This document shows positions 39,276 to 52,625 of a stretch of DNA of 64,000 nucleotides, piece by piece; the stretch's first letter is position 1; each line of letters begins with the position of its first letter. Under the pieces are notes generated by a model. The model was not told the origin of the DNA. It did no database searches and worked only from the letters and a program-made list of their open reading frames with translations. The DNA lies in contig CAWCTR010000002.1 in the NCBI GenBank assembly GCA_963798485.1, forward strand, positions 1 to 64,000, written 5' to 3'. This DNA is from an uncultured delta proteobacterium. Its GTDB lineage: Bacteria; Desulfobacterota; Desulfomonilia; UBA1062. The translations under genes were made by a program, and so were the position numbers.

Positions 39276-41123
39276 TCAGATCAGGTCTTTGCTCAAGTCC
39301 ATCCCGATAGTGGTGCTCTTAAGCTCTAAGCCTGACAGGGCCGCGGCTGTAACACCCAGATCAGCAATGCGAATCGGCCTGTCATGTGTGCCAGTCTTCC
39401 CACCGGGTATCGAGATCGCAGCAACGATAGGGAGTGTATCCACGGATCCGTGGCCTCCATTATACACACGCCAGGGGGGAGACCATGTGGGCGCCTTGAT
39501 GCCCACATTGGGGATCTGGCCGTTATAGACCGGGATCTGCCAGCCGTTTTTCGCCAGAATGATGAGGTCGGGCCAGATGACGGTCTGTTCCTTGTCAACA
39601 TCTACATAGAATGTGTGATAGAGCTCTCCGGGCAGGCAGACGCCTTCAATGCCGTTTTTCATATCGTTCCTGTCAACAACCCACCACGGGCACTCATTCT
39701 TAAGAGTCTGAGGGTTCAGTGCCCGGTGGACCGACAGCACCGCCTTCGCCTTTGAGACCTTTTCTTTGTTTTCCCGCCAGTACAATACACCATAGCTGCT
39801 CACGCTGAAGGCATACATCTCCTTTTTTTCCAGTATCCCCCTCTTCTCAATTATCCCTGCACTCTCAAGGAGGCCCACGCAATCGGTTGATGAAAAATCA
39901 TCGGTATAGAGGTGATTTACTGCAGAGTGGTCGCTCAGGAGGATGATTTTTGCATGGCCCAGCACCCCCTGTTTCTCAAGGCCAGCCATAAGGCGGCCGA
40001 ACTGGATGTCCACATCGCGGATTACATCCAGGATTGCCTCTTTGAAAAGGAGCTTGTTCCTGCTGCTGACCAGCTGATACTCAGGCTTGTTTTCACACCC
40101 CTCAGGCGGTTCATACGGCGGATTGACATTGATGAATTCCGATGGGTCCCATGCACTTCCGATGGCATGCCCCGCATCGTCGCACTGGGCAAGCAGAATG
40201 TAGGCCATATCGGGCTTATCGCGTTTGAATATCTCAAGGGTTGAGTCCACGATCCAGCTGTCATGGGGAAAATGATTCGCAAAGTGTTCCATCTGCCAGG
40301 TCAGGAGACTGCCTTGGCCCGTATAGAGCCGTGTCATGACATCGCTTGTCCTCATAGATCCCCCGAAGAATCCGAGGTGTGTCGATTCCGGGTCACAGGC
40401 TGCATCCTGGTCTGTATGAGGATCTGCAAGGCTCTCCCTCTTCGGGGGTTTGAGGTAACCAGGGTGGTTAGGCCCTGTCACCAAAATATCCACACCAGAG
40501 GCGTCCCCGTTTCCACGGAACATCTCCCCCACCCATTCCTTGCCTGTAATGAGCATGGTCTTGGAGTGGGGCCAGCTGCGTTTCCAGGCCGTAAAGAGTG
40601 TGTCCACGGGCCGACCTTTATCATCCCTTGCAAAGGACATGCTGGTGCGCTGTATGACTACCTCCCCGGACTCGTCCCAGCCGGTGGGCTGTGCCCATAC
40701 GCTTATGATGCCGGTTTGGGCACTCGAAGTACCAGCCAGGGCGTTCAGGTGGTTCATATCCGTAGCGGCCGGCAGGAAGCTTTTTGCATTTCTGAACCAC
40801 ATGGAATTTTTCAGAAATGCACGAATATTAGGCATCAGCCAGTTCCCCTCGCTTCCCCCCGGCATACCCCGGGCATCGAGCTCAAGATATTTCGGATTGA
40901 GCGCATCTATGGCTATGAAGATAAGCTTTTCTCGGTTGTAAGCTGAATTTCCTGCAGGCAGCGTGGCACCATTCACTTTCATGGGGAATATCCCCCAGTT
41001 CATGAAGGTGATTCCTCCAAGGAGGGCTGTTAACTTTTTTATAAACGACCTGCGCCCGATTCCTCTGTTCACCGTGAGATGCTTGCTTGTCATGCTGTGT
41101 TTTCGAGCCATATTTCCCCCCAT
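39276..41123 (-). CDS. Tat-exported alkaline phosphatase superfamily protein (NPP/phosphodiesterase-like)
   Basis: Twin-arginine GRRSFIK; IAIDAL, PAATDMNH, DDAGH, SDHS, GGHGS. Confidence 0.8.
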   Translation of the reverse strand: MGGNMARKHSMTSKHLTVNRGIGRRSFIKKLTALLGGITFMNWGIFPMKVNGATLPAGNSAYNREKLIFIAIDALNPKYLELDARGMPGGSEGNWLMPNIRAFLKNSMWFRNAKSFLPAATDMNHLNALAGTSSAQTGIISVWAQPTGWDESGEVVIQRTSMSFARDDKGRPVDTLFTAWKRSWPHSKTMLITGKEWVGEMFRGNGDASGVDILVTGPNHPGYLKPPKRESLADPHTDQDAACDPESTHLGFFGGSMRTSDVMTRLYTGQGSLLTWQMEHFANHFPHDSWIVDSTLEIFKRDKPDMAYILLAQCDDAGHAIGSAWDPSEFINVNPPYEPPEGCENKPEYQLVSSRNKLLFKEAILDVIRDVDIQFGRLMAGLEKQGVLGHAKIILLSDHSAVNHLYTDDFSSTDCVGLLESAGIIEKRGILEKKEMYAFSVSSYGVLYWRENKEKVSKAKAVLSVHRALNPQTLKNECPWWVVDRNDMKNGIEGVCLPGELYHTFYVDVDKEQTVIWPDLIILAKNGWQIPVYNGQIPNVGIKAPTWSPPWRVYNGGHGSVDTLPIVAAISIPGGKTGTHDRPIRIADLGVTAAALSGLELKSTTIGMDLSKDLI

Positions 41124-41278
41124 GTTTTTTTGAACTGATACAAAGTTGCCATCAAATACATATCAAATATGCGTAAGGCCGCTCACCTTCCCCTCTTCCC
41201 TCAAATCTTATGGGTGAGGGGGCCAAGGTGAGCGAGGTATTTTATACCATGCCACTGAGAATAATTCACTCACCATAA

Positions 41279-42442
41279 TCAGAAAGCCGGAGAAGTGGCA
41301 TACAGACACAAGATACCCCCCTGGCGGTTGACCTCTGCCTTTGACTTTCTGCCGTTCATCACATCGATGGAAAGGTCGATGATCTCTTCTGCGATACGTT
41401 CAAGGCTCACACCTTCGAGCACGGCACCTGCATTCACATCGATGTCATTCTCCATGGCAAGGAAGAGCCTGCTGGTACTCGATACCTTGATGACAGGTAT
41501 GATGGGAAAGCCACAGGGGGTCCCCCGTCCGGTGGTAAAGATGATAAGCTGGCAGCCTGCCGCACCGAGGCCGGCCATGGATTCCATGTCATAGCCCGGG
41601 CCGTCAAGGATGACGAGGCCCTTGCCTTTCGGGTTCCGGCCATAATCCACCACCTCGTTGATGGGGCGGCTTCCTGCCTTGCAGATACAACCCAGCGATT
41701 TCTCCTGGATGGAGCTCATGCCCCCGTCCATATTTCCGGGCGCTATCACATATGAGGCCAGCGGTCCTAAGATATCCTTGGTGCGCTTTTCCGCTGCTTC
41801 GATTATCTGCACGATCCGCTGAGCGACCTCAGTGGTCTTTGCCCTCCTTGATAGTATATGTGAGGTCCCGATCATCTCGGTGTTCTCTGTGAGGATCACC
41901 GTACCCCCTGCATCCACCAGCCAATCGGAAACCAGCCCCACAGCAGGATTTGCCGTGATGCCTGAAAAGGCATCCGAACCCCCGCACTCAAGCCCGATGG
42001 TTATGGATTCCAGAGGGCATTCGATACGCTTCATGCCGGTTGCATCCTCCACCATCTTCTTTGCAGACCGGATGCCTTTGACAGCAGTCTTGCGCGATCC
42101 ACCTTCATTCTGGATAACAAAAGATTCGACCGGTTTACCGGTCTGTGCGATCTCGGAGGCAATGGCCAGGGCGCTGATGGTCTCGCACCCAAGCCCGATG
42201 ACAATGGCGCCCGAGACATTAGGGTTCTTGCCGAGACCTGCAAGGGCATTCGTGTGCATGCCTATCTCAAGTGCCCGGCCGCAACCGTGCCCGTGCAGAA
42301 AGGGGACCGTTCCTCTGACCTCCCGGCCGATCATGTCCGCCACGCCGTTCGCACACGCCACCGTTGGAATGATTGCGACATGGTTTCTGATGCCAACCGA
42401 GCCATTGGGCCGCATATAGCCTTGTATGGTATCGCGCTTCAT
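41279..42442 (-). CDS. UxaA-family dehydratase/sulfo-lyase large subunit (SuyB-like)
   Basis: VGIRNH, GLGCE, ECGGSDAFSG, EKSLG, FTTGRGTP. Confidence 0.9.
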   Translation of the reverse strand: MKRDTIQGYMRPNGSVGIRNHVAIIPTVACANGVADMIGREVRGTVPFLHGHGCGRALEIGMHTNALAGLGKNPNVSGAIVIGLGCETISALAIASEIAQTGKPVESFVIQNEGGSRKTAVKGIRSAKKMVEDATGMKRIECPLESITIGLECGGSDAFSGITANPAVGLVSDWLVDAGGTVILTENTEMIGTSHILSRRAKTTEVAQRIVQIIEAAEKRTKDILGPLASYVIAPGNMDGGMSSIQEKSLGCICKAGSRPINEVVDYGRNPKGKGLVILDGPGYDMESMAGLGAAGCQLIIFTTGRGTPCGFPIIPVIKVSSTSRLFLAMENDIDVNAGAVLEGVSLERIAEEIIDLSIDVMNGRKSKAEVNRQGGILCLYATSPAF

Positions 42443-42717
42443 ACCGTTACCCCTTCGATGGTGAGGTTGTGGGTGTGTACCCAGGCGCCTTTTTTGATAT
42501 CACCCAAGGCATACCCGATCGCCTCGCCGTACTTAAGCACCGCCATGCCTTGCTGAATATCAACAAGCGCTACTTTGTGGCTGTAGGGGATCCTTTCGAG
42601 TGCAGTGAATTCATTACCATCCGGCAGCATCACAACCTCGCCCTCGGGGATGTCTTCCAGGGCCACAGCCACTGTATCCTGCTCTTTGATGACAATAACA
42701 TTGGGCTTCATCTGCAA
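42439..42717 (-). CDS. UxaA-family small subunit, SAF domain (SuyA-like)
   Basis: DTVAVAL, IPYSHKVAL, KYGEAIG, WVHTHN. Confidence 0.9.
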   Translation of the reverse strand: MQMKPNVIVIKEQDTVAVALEDIPEGEVVMLPDGNEFTALERIPYSHKVALVDIQQGMAVLKYGEAIGYALGDIKKGAWVHTHNLTIEGVTV

Positions 42718-42765
42718 TCTCCCCCTTCGTTCAAGAGCGCAATTATGGCAGCTATAAATGCTTTG

Positions 42766-45426
<2,661 letters not shown>

Positions 45427-45671
45427 TCATCCCCCGTTTTATCACTGCCGGTTGATAAAGTATGTTTATCTTATTAGCATACTTATCCTGTCATGAATAC
45501 GGCTTTCAACAGTCTTTAAACCCCTCTACAGCCGGATATCAGTAGTCCTCACCCGGCATACTCAAGTGATTGTTTGCCCGCATGAAAGAGTACGTTGGTA
45601 GAATTCAGGGTAGACTAAATACTGCCATGCCTTTATTGTAATAGGCAAATCCACTCTGAAAGAAGAAGGCT

Positions 45672-46173
45672 ATGGAACCCTTATCCGAAAATCTCGTTGA
45701 GAGAACCTGGCAGGAGATTGCCCACTATGATTCAGACCGCGCCACGAAAGAGATGATGGAGCTCGGACAGGTACAACCGGATCTCCTTTCTTTCATTCTG
45801 GAATTCACTGAGGACCTTGGTGAGCAGGCAGGAGAACTGGGCGTCTATCTGCTTTTTGTCATATATCACCTGTTCAAGAAGGGCTATGGCAAGGAGATCA
45901 AGCCGGTAACGCCTGAAGAGATTGTAGAATGCTATGAAGAGAACGAACGGCTCATGGAGAAGCTGGAAAAGGCCCAGGACGAATTCTTTAACAGGGTGGC
46001 CGAGGTACAGCTCTCTCCTCAACCTTATGTGATCAGGTATGTGGTTGACTCATTATCGGATAGAACCTGAAGACGATGACGACAGGGAACCTCTGAGTGA
46101 AGAAGAAGTGGGCTTTCTCTTCATGTTGCTCAAAACCGTTATCGATGTGTTAAACATGAAGACCAACGAATAA
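45672..46173 (+). pseudogene. Acidic hypothetical protein with frameshift near 46060
   Basis: ORF stops at 46070 but coding-like sequence EPEDDDDREPLSEEEVGFLFMLLKTVIDVLNMKTNE* continues in another frame to 46173. Confidence 0.6.
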
Positions 46174-46187
46174 ACCCTGTACGCTTA

Positions 46188-47411
46188 TCAATCTTGCTGC
46201 AAAAGATCAGGAGAAAATGCAACAGAAGTCGGATAGGACTTTGGAACACGGACCTGTAAGGCGGCCAGGAGATTACCGAGTGCTATGAATGTCCCAAGCA
46301 GAAATACATACTGAAAGCCCAAGCGGTTCCAGATCAACCCGCCCAGCAAGGCAACCATAATGGAAAAGCAATGATCGATACTCACTGACATAGTCAGCGC
46401 CGGTTGGACGTGTGAGGGTTGCAGTGCTATCTTTTTCATATACATGGCCCGGGCCATATTCACCGACATGAGCATCTGATCCATGAGAAAGCACCCACAC
46501 GCGATAAAAAATGCGGTGTTTTCAGACACCAGGAACCTGGCAAATCCATACCCCAAACAGACAAACACCAGCAGCACGGACTCGCACACCAGGACGATCC
46601 GCTCCCCCAGACGGTCGGTCGCCCAACCCAGCAACGGCTGGAAGACAATGCCGATGATCCCGCCGATCATCAAGAGCGTGGCTATGGTTTGTGTGGGCTG
46701 ATGGAACACCGTGACCAGCACCCAGGGCGCAAAGGTGAGGAACAGCTGTTTACGCGAACCATAAAGCACGGATAGAAAATAATACAGCCGGTATTCCCGG
46801 TGGAGTTTCAAATGAAGGGCCGGCGGCTGTGTTTGCTCCGGTCTCATGGCGAACATCAGAAGTGCCGCCGTCATGAAGGCCACGGCAGCTAAAGCAAAGG
46901 TGTGGTGAAAGGTGAACCCCAGGTACTTGAACCCGATAAACACCAAGAAACTCCCGAGTATGGCGGCCAGGTTCCGGATTGCGTTTAACTGTCCCAGACG
47001 CTGCCCTGTCTTGCCTTCTTCGGCCAGTTCCATACCGATTGTTGAAGACAGGGGGAGAAAGATATGCTGGCCCAGGCTGTAGATGAACAACCAGAGCACC
47101 ATGACCACATAGGAAGGTGAAGCAAAACCGATCAGCATAGTCCCCGCCGCCCCAAGCAGCATGGCTACCACGGCAAGGCGGCGGCTGCAGAGAAACCATA
47201 GCAGGGCTGAGGCAAAAACCACCAGGACGCCGGGAAGCTCACGGGGAATCTCAAGAAAAGAACGTTCGAACCCGCTCAGGGCGAAACGCTCGTTCAGGAA
47301 GTTATTAAACGTCGCATCAATAATGCTGTACGCCATGCCGATGGCCAATGAAGCTACGATAAACACTGAGAGTTCCCGGGACATGCGTGTTAAGCGTGCA
47401 GTAAACATCAT
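46188..47411 (-). CDS. MFS transporter
   Basis: About 12 hydrophobic helices; GWATDRLGER motif A. Confidence 0.9.
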   Translation of the reverse strand: MMFTARLTRMSRELSVFIVASLAIGMAYSIIDATFNNFLNERFALSGFERSFLEIPRELPGVLVVFASALLWFLCSRRLAVVAMLLGAAGTMLIGFASPSYVVMVLWLFIYSLGQHIFLPLSSTIGMELAEEGKTGQRLGQLNAIRNLAAILGSFLVFIGFKYLGFTFHHTFALAAVAFMTAALLMFAMRPEQTQPPALHLKLHREYRLYYFLSVLYGSRKQLFLTFAPWVLVTVFHQPTQTIATLLMIGGIIGIVFQPLLGWATDRLGERIVLVCESVLLVFVCLGYGFARFLVSENTAFFIACGCFLMDQMLMSVNMARAMYMKKIALQPSHVQPALTMSVSIDHCFSIMVALLGGLIWNRLGFQYVFLLGTFIALGNLLAALQVRVPKSYPTSVAFSPDLLQQD

Positions 47412-47489
47412 GGCGAAGACTTACCAATTAAAGGGACTTGCGTCAATGGAAGCTGATATCGCAAGGCGGCAAGGGAATAATTCTAAGGC

Positions 47490-48839
47490 TCAATCCCTCT
47501 CATCGAGTGGTATGTATTTCGATTCCTTTGGCAGCGAACTCACATATGCAGGCCGTATGAGCTTGGCCTGGATGATCTGCTCGATCCGGTGCGCAGACCA
47601 GCCGACTACCCGCGCCATGGCAAAGATAGGGGTGAAAAGGTCAATAGGGATATGAAGCATCTTGTAGACAAACCCGGAGTAGAAATCTACATTCGGGGCC
47701 ACAATCTGGCCCTTACGCTCGCGGATGAGCTCACTGCCGACCTCTGCCACTAGTCTCATGAGGTTCAGCTCTTTTTGGAACTCCGTCTTGCCGGCCATGT
47801 CATCAGCCTTTTCCAGGAGGATCTCGGCCCTGGGATCTGATACCGTATATACCGCATGACCTATGCCATAGATCTTACCGGCACCGTCATGGGCCTTACC
47901 GTCGAGGATCCTGGTCAGATACCTTTTCACTTGATTGCGGTCTCCCCAATTCTTCACATGTTTTTTCACATCCTTCATCATCTTCATGACCGCCTCGTTG
48001 GCGCCTCCATGGAGATGGCCGCTTAAGGAAGCGATGCCCGAGCAGATGGCCATATAGGTGTTGGCGCCGCTGGATGAAACAGTGCGCACCGTGAAGGTGG
48101 AGTTGTTTCCCCCTCCATGCTCTGCATGCAGCATGAGGGACAGGTCAAACAGCATTGCCTCATCACGATGCGGTCTTGTGCCCGTGAGCATGTAGAGGAA
48201 GTTTTCCGCCATGGAGAGATCGGGGTCCGGCGGGATGATACGCAGGCTTCCACCCTGACGGTAGCGGGACACCTTGTGATTGTATGCAACCACTGTGGGG
48301 AACTTTGCGATAAGGTTGATGCATGTCATGATCACATCTTTAAGCTCCAGGGAGACCGGGTTTGAATCGCACCTGCTCAGGTGTGATATAACCGAGTGCA
48401 GTGCAAACATCTGGTTCTCGTTTTCTGCCTCCTGGGTGATGATGCCCCGTTCAACCTTGTTGAGCGACCTCCCCTTGCTGAGCAATTCTGAAAATATTTT
48501 CAGGTCTTCCCGGTTCGGGAGCTCGCCGGTGAGCAGGAGGTAGGCCACTTCTTCAAAACCGAACCGGCCTTCAGCCTGGATCTTCCTGGCAAGGTCGATG
48601 GCATTGTACCCGCAGTAGGTCAGCCTTCCCGGGGCAGGCAGGACGACTTCCCCCTTGCCATCCTCAGAGGGTATCCTTTTGAAGCCGAATACGGTGCCCT
48701 TGGAAGTGATACCCACCACCACACCCGTGCCATCTGAATTGCGGAGCCCCAGCTTGATGTCCTTGGCCTTGATAAGATCGGGGGATACATTATCGTGGTA
48801 CCGTGCGAGCGCATGGATCTTTTGTATGATGTGTTCCAT
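47490..48839 (-). CDS. Citrate/2-methylcitrate synthase (Si-type)
   Basis: HAEHGGGNNSTF, LHGGAN, YGIGHAVY, PNVDFYSG, GWSAHR. Confidence 0.93.
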   Translation of the reverse strand: MEHIIQKIHALARYHDNVSPDLIKAKDIKLGLRNSDGTGVVVGITSKGTVFGFKRIPSEDGKGEVVLPAPGRLTYCGYNAIDLARKIQAEGRFGFEEVAYLLLTGELPNREDLKIFSELLSKGRSLNKVERGIITQEAENENQMFALHSVISHLSRCDSNPVSLELKDVIMTCINLIAKFPTVVAYNHKVSRYRQGGSLRIIPPDPDLSMAENFLYMLTGTRPHRDEAMLFDLSLMLHAEHGGGNNSTFTVRTVSSSGANTYMAICSGIASLSGHLHGGANEAVMKMMKDVKKHVKNWGDRNQVKRYLTRILDGKAHDGAGKIYGIGHAVYTVSDPRAEILLEKADDMAGKTEFQKELNLMRLVAEVGSELIRERKGQIVAPNVDFYSGFVYKMLHIPIDLFTPIFAMARVVGWSAHRIEQIIQAKLIRPAYVSSLPKESKYIPLDERD

Positions 48840-48841
48840 AC

Positions 48842-50329
48842 TCACCTCATCTCGATATTTCTCTTCCAGGCATATTCTGAAACATGGCTCAGTGCCCTTA
48901 ACGCATTCCCCAGGTCGTTGAACACCGGTATGCCTTTTTCGAGAAAGACCTGCCTGGTCTCCCTGATAAGATCTGTTATATCAAGAGAATCCCGGCCCTG
49001 CTTGAACTCGGGCATTACAAGGATTATGGGCTTGCCGGTTGAGTCTATTGCCTCCCTCATGGCTATGCTGAGCTCCCTGAACGGGGTAATCTCCTTGACC
49101 GATTCAACACCCAGCCCCAGGGCAACGGCCTTGAAATGATGCAGAAGTTGGATGATCACCTGGACATCAATGCGCGCATCACTGCCCGAGAGCAGGAACA
49201 CCTGCCGGTATGCATCGGGGTCCACAAAGGGATTGGCTGCATCAATGGGGTTTTTGGCACTGGACCCAGGTCTGGGGAGTGATTCAAGGATCCTCTCGCT
49301 CAAGGCATCATCAAATTTGGGCAGATCGAGCCCAAAGCGTTCAGCCAGATCACCGGCGCTCACACCCAGCGCCCCGCCGCCCCCTGCCACGCTGACGCCA
49401 TGGTATCTCATTATTGGAAGCATGGAAAAGGCTAGACACGTCTGAGCAAGCTCCCACAGATCAGCCACCTGGATGGCGCCTGCCTGACGCAGCGCAGACT
49501 CCCAGATCACCTTGCTCCCGCCCATGGAGGCCGTATGACTGGCAACAGCTCTGCCCCCTGCCTCCGAGAGGCCGCCCTTATTGATGATCACGGGCTTGCG
49601 GGCTGCCACCTGCCTGAGAACCCTGAAGAACTCGCGTCCGTCCTTGACCCCTTCCATGTACATAGCAATGACCTTGGTCTGGCGGTCGTTGCCGAGATAC
49701 TCCAGGAGCTCGGTCTCCCGCAGGTCAGCACCGTTGCCGAAACTGATGACCTTGGAGAACTTCACGCCCATCCACTTGCCGATATGTGCAAAATCTATGG
49801 ACATGCCCCCGCTCTGGGAGATAAAGGCGACATGTCCGCTCTCCCGGGAGAGGTCCGGGCCGGGCAGCAAGGTAAGCCCGCTAGCCGGACAGTAGACACC
49901 GAAGCAATTGGGGCCGATCACGCGTATCCCTTTTGCTGCGACCTCGCGTATCTCATCTTCCAGGGCCTCACCCTTGGTTGTTCCGGCCTCGGAAAAACCT
50001 GCAGAGAGGATCTCGGCGCCTGCAATACCCATGGTCCTGCATTTTTCCAGGGTTTGCGGTACATGCTCAGCCGGCACGGCGATGATGGCGAAATCCACTT
50101 GCGCCGGGATTTCATCAAGGCTCCGGTATAGCTCATTACCATTGATTCGGCCGCCATTGGGGTTTACCGGGTAGATCCCGCCGGCAAATCCAATGGCGGT
50201 AAGCGCGCTCATGATGCCGCTGCCGAAACCGGCACCCTTTGGAGAGACCCCTATGATGGCGATGTTTCCGGGATGGAAGATGCGGTTAAAAACCTCGTCG
50301 TTGCGGGTTCGCTCAATAATGCTCTCCAT
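48842..50329 (-). CDS. ADP-forming acyl-CoA synthetase alpha subunit (CoA-binding protein)
   Basis: YPVNP, GPNCFG, SQSGG, SHTASM, NPIDA. Confidence 0.88.
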   Translation of the reverse strand: MESIIERTRNDEVFNRIFHPGNIAIIGVSPKGAGFGSGIMSALTAIGFAGGIYPVNPNGGRINGNELYRSLDEIPAQVDFAIIAVPAEHVPQTLEKCRTMGIAGAEILSAGFSEAGTTKGEALEDEIREVAAKGIRVIGPNCFGVYCPASGLTLLPGPDLSRESGHVAFISQSGGMSIDFAHIGKWMGVKFSKVISFGNGADLRETELLEYLGNDRQTKVIAMYMEGVKDGREFFRVLRQVAARKPVIINKGGLSEAGGRAVASHTASMGGSKVIWESALRQAGAIQVADLWELAQTCLAFSMLPIMRYHGVSVAGGGGALGVSAGDLAERFGLDLPKFDDALSERILESLPRPGSSAKNPIDAANPFVDPDAYRQVFLLSGSDARIDVQVIIQLLHHFKAVALGLGVESVKEITPFRELSIAMREAIDSTGKPIILVMPEFKQGRDSLDITDLIRETRQVFLEKGIPVFNDLGNALRALSHVSEYAWKRNIEMR

Positions 50330-50475
50330 GGTAACACCTCATTTAAAACATGATGATCTCATTCTTTCTGTTTCCTAAAGTTTTGTCAATGCAGACAGGA
50401 TAGTTGCACAACCTCTTTACAGGTCAGTCCGGCAACATTATACTTGAAGCACATTCATGAGCACGGCAGGGGACT

Positions 50476-51396
50476 ATGCCCAAAGAAAATACCCACCTCC
50501 ACTTTGCCTACGGGCTCCTTGAGGAGTTCCAGGACTGCGATATCCTGAAGGATGTCTCTGACAACATCTGGAACTATCTCTTGGGCTCCATCATCCCGGA
50601 TACGTTCTACTATGGGAGCAGTGCATCTCTCAGGCGTATCTCGGAATCCTTCCACGGCAAGGACGGCAACCCGACTAATATAACCATTGTGCAGGTGCTT
50701 GACAATGCACGGGATAAGAAAGATCTTTCATTCATACTTGGGTATATCTCCCACTGCGCCCTGGACATCACCTTTCACCCGGTTATTTACTATCTTTCCG
50801 GCAACTACTATGATGAATCTCCCCAGAAGAGGGCCCGGGCCGTCTACCTGCACCGCCACCTGGAGACCTGCCTCGATCTGGATATCAAAAATTCCATGCG
50901 CCTGCACAGGCTCATCAGGATAAAATACCTAAAAGGACTTGTTTTTGAAGAGATTATCTCTCATACATTCAAGGTTCCGATAAAAAATCTGCGACATTCC
51001 CTGAGAAGACAGATCGTTTATAATGTTCTCTTTACAATAAATACAGCCTATCACCTCGCCAAGCTGGCCTCAAAGACCGGTCTTTTCAATGACACGTCGC
51101 AGCTGGGCCTCTTCTATGGCGATGCAGGACACGACGAGCAAATCCCACCTACGATAGAAGCAGCCGACCTCATAGAGGGCCGCCAATGGACTACCACCAT
51201 CAACGAGCTCTTTTCCAATGCCCGCATCTTGGCTAGATCCATGATGGAAGCCGCCTATGGCTACTGGATACAATCAGTAACCCGCGATGAAATGCTCCAC
51301 GCAATACCTGGGTTAAGCCTTGATACAGGCAAGCTCGGTGTGAGCGCCTCGAATATCCGCCACACAAAGGGGGACAGCGCTTTGAAGGAGAACTAG
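50476..51396 (+). CDS. Zinc-dependent phospholipase C family protein
   Basis: THLHF, GSIIPD, GYISHCALD, FHP, HRHLE. Confidence 0.8.
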   Translation: MPKENTHLHFAYGLLEEFQDCDILKDVSDNIWNYLLGSIIPDTFYYGSSASLRRISESFHGKDGNPTNITIVQVLDNARDKKDLSFILGYISHCALDITFHPVIYYLSGNYYDESPQKRARAVYLHRHLETCLDLDIKNSMRLHRLIRIKYLKGLVFEEIISHTFKVPIKNLRHSLRRQIVYNVLFTINTAYHLAKLASKTGLFNDTSQLGLFYGDAGHDEQIPPTIEAADLIEGRQWTTTINELFSNARILARSMMEAAYGYWIQSVTRDEMLHAIPGLSLDTGKLGVSASNIRHTKGDSALKEN

Positions 51397-51433
51397 TATC
51401 TCCATCTAGAATTCAATCGATTGATCATGGATC

Positions 51434-51715
51434 TCACAAGGTAAGAATCTCGTCGATGGTGAGGTCTTCCACACAGAGCGGGTCGATCCCCTTTAACCTG
51501 GCCGACAGCTCCTTGGCAGAGATTTCTGAAAGAGGCATGATGACCCTGTAGTTGTGTTTATCAAGCCAGATGAGAAACTGCCATGCATAACATTCCCGGC
51601 AGTGGACTTTCTTTTTCTCCAAGTAAGCCTCATTATCCAGCGTTTCCAGCTCCTTGTGGCGGGGGCAAGCGATATCGATACAGAAGGTACCGGATTTGTA
51701 TTTCTTCGTTGCCAT
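51434..51715 (-). CDS. Small Cys-containing hypothetical protein
   Basis: RBS GAGGT; FCIDIACPRH and HCRECYAW. Confidence 0.65.
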   Translation of the reverse strand: MATKKYKSGTFCIDIACPRHKELETLDNEAYLEKKKVHCRECYAWQFLIWLDKHNYRVIMPLSEISAKELSARLKGIDPLCVEDLTIDEILTL

Positions 51716-51863
51716 GGTTTACCTCATGTAGAGTTTTATTGATTGAAATCATATCACTTCTGCCCGGACTTGGCAACTTTTACCCGTGTAAATCTCATAA
51801 ACTACTGTATTTTCAGTTAATTCTAAAAATGTTTCCAAAATTATTCCTTCGGACATTAAGTGG

Positions 51864-51908
51864 TTGACAAACCGGATTCAAATATTTATTATTAGTTAAT
51901 ATTAACTA
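51864..51908 (+). promoter_or_regulatory. Sigma70 promoter with downstream perfect palindrome (candidate XRE operator)
   Basis: TTGACA-17-TATTAT; TAGTTAATATTAACTA at 51893-51908. Confidence 0.7.
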
Positions 51909-51926
51909 TATAGAATATTTGATATT

Positions 51927-52469
51927 ATGAATATTGGATCGATACTACGCAAGAAAAGAAAAGAGCGAAAGCTCATCTTAAAGACTGTGGCGGAAAAGGC
52001 CGGCATATCAGAGGGCTTTTTAAGCCAGGTGGAGAATGAGGTTAATTCACCATCGGTATATACACTCGTCAAGATCTGCAATGCCATAGGCATCGAGGCG
52101 GGCGATTTACTCAACCAGGCCAAGCAGATGGAAAGGTTGATAGTAATCCGCAAATCGGAGTGGAAAGATGTTGAGCTGCCGCACACAGGGTTTATTACCC
52201 AAAGGTTTTTCCCCCCTGAGAACAGAAATGTCATCGACAGCGCCGTATTGGTTTTGGAACCGGGAAAGAGCATCCCAGCAAGAAAAAATATCAAGAACGG
52301 CCAGGAGGTACTCTGTGTGCTGAAAGGTATGGTGGAACTTGTGCATATCGACAAGACCGTAACACTTTCCGAGGGCGATTCCATACATTACTATTCAACC
52401 CCTGAGAAGGAGATGATCACCAACAAAAGCAAAGGTCTCTCCGTCGTCTTTTGGGTTGGAACAATTTAA
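51927..52469 (+). CDS. XRE-family HTH/cupin transcriptional regulator
   Basis: VAEKAGISEGFLSQVEN; cupin GQEVLCVLKG...LSEGDSI. Confidence 0.92.
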   Translation: MNIGSILRKKRKERKLILKTVAEKAGISEGFLSQVENEVNSPSVYTLVKICNAIGIEAGDLLNQAKQMERLIVIRKSEWKDVELPHTGFITQRFFPPENRNVIDSAVLVLEPGKSIPARKNIKNGQEVLCVLKGMVELVHIDKTVTLSEGDSIHYYSTPEKEMITNKSKGLSVVFWVGTI

Positions 52470-52625
52470 TACAGTTTTATTTTTTAAGCACCATTTTTTA
52501 CTTGAGCGTTTTTTTGAATCGGATGGTTTCTTATCTAAAGAAACATCCATTAATGGGATAGGTTTCATGAAAGCAACGAAAGCAGTGCGGATATACCTAT
52601 AATTCCATGAGACGGGGGGATTCCT

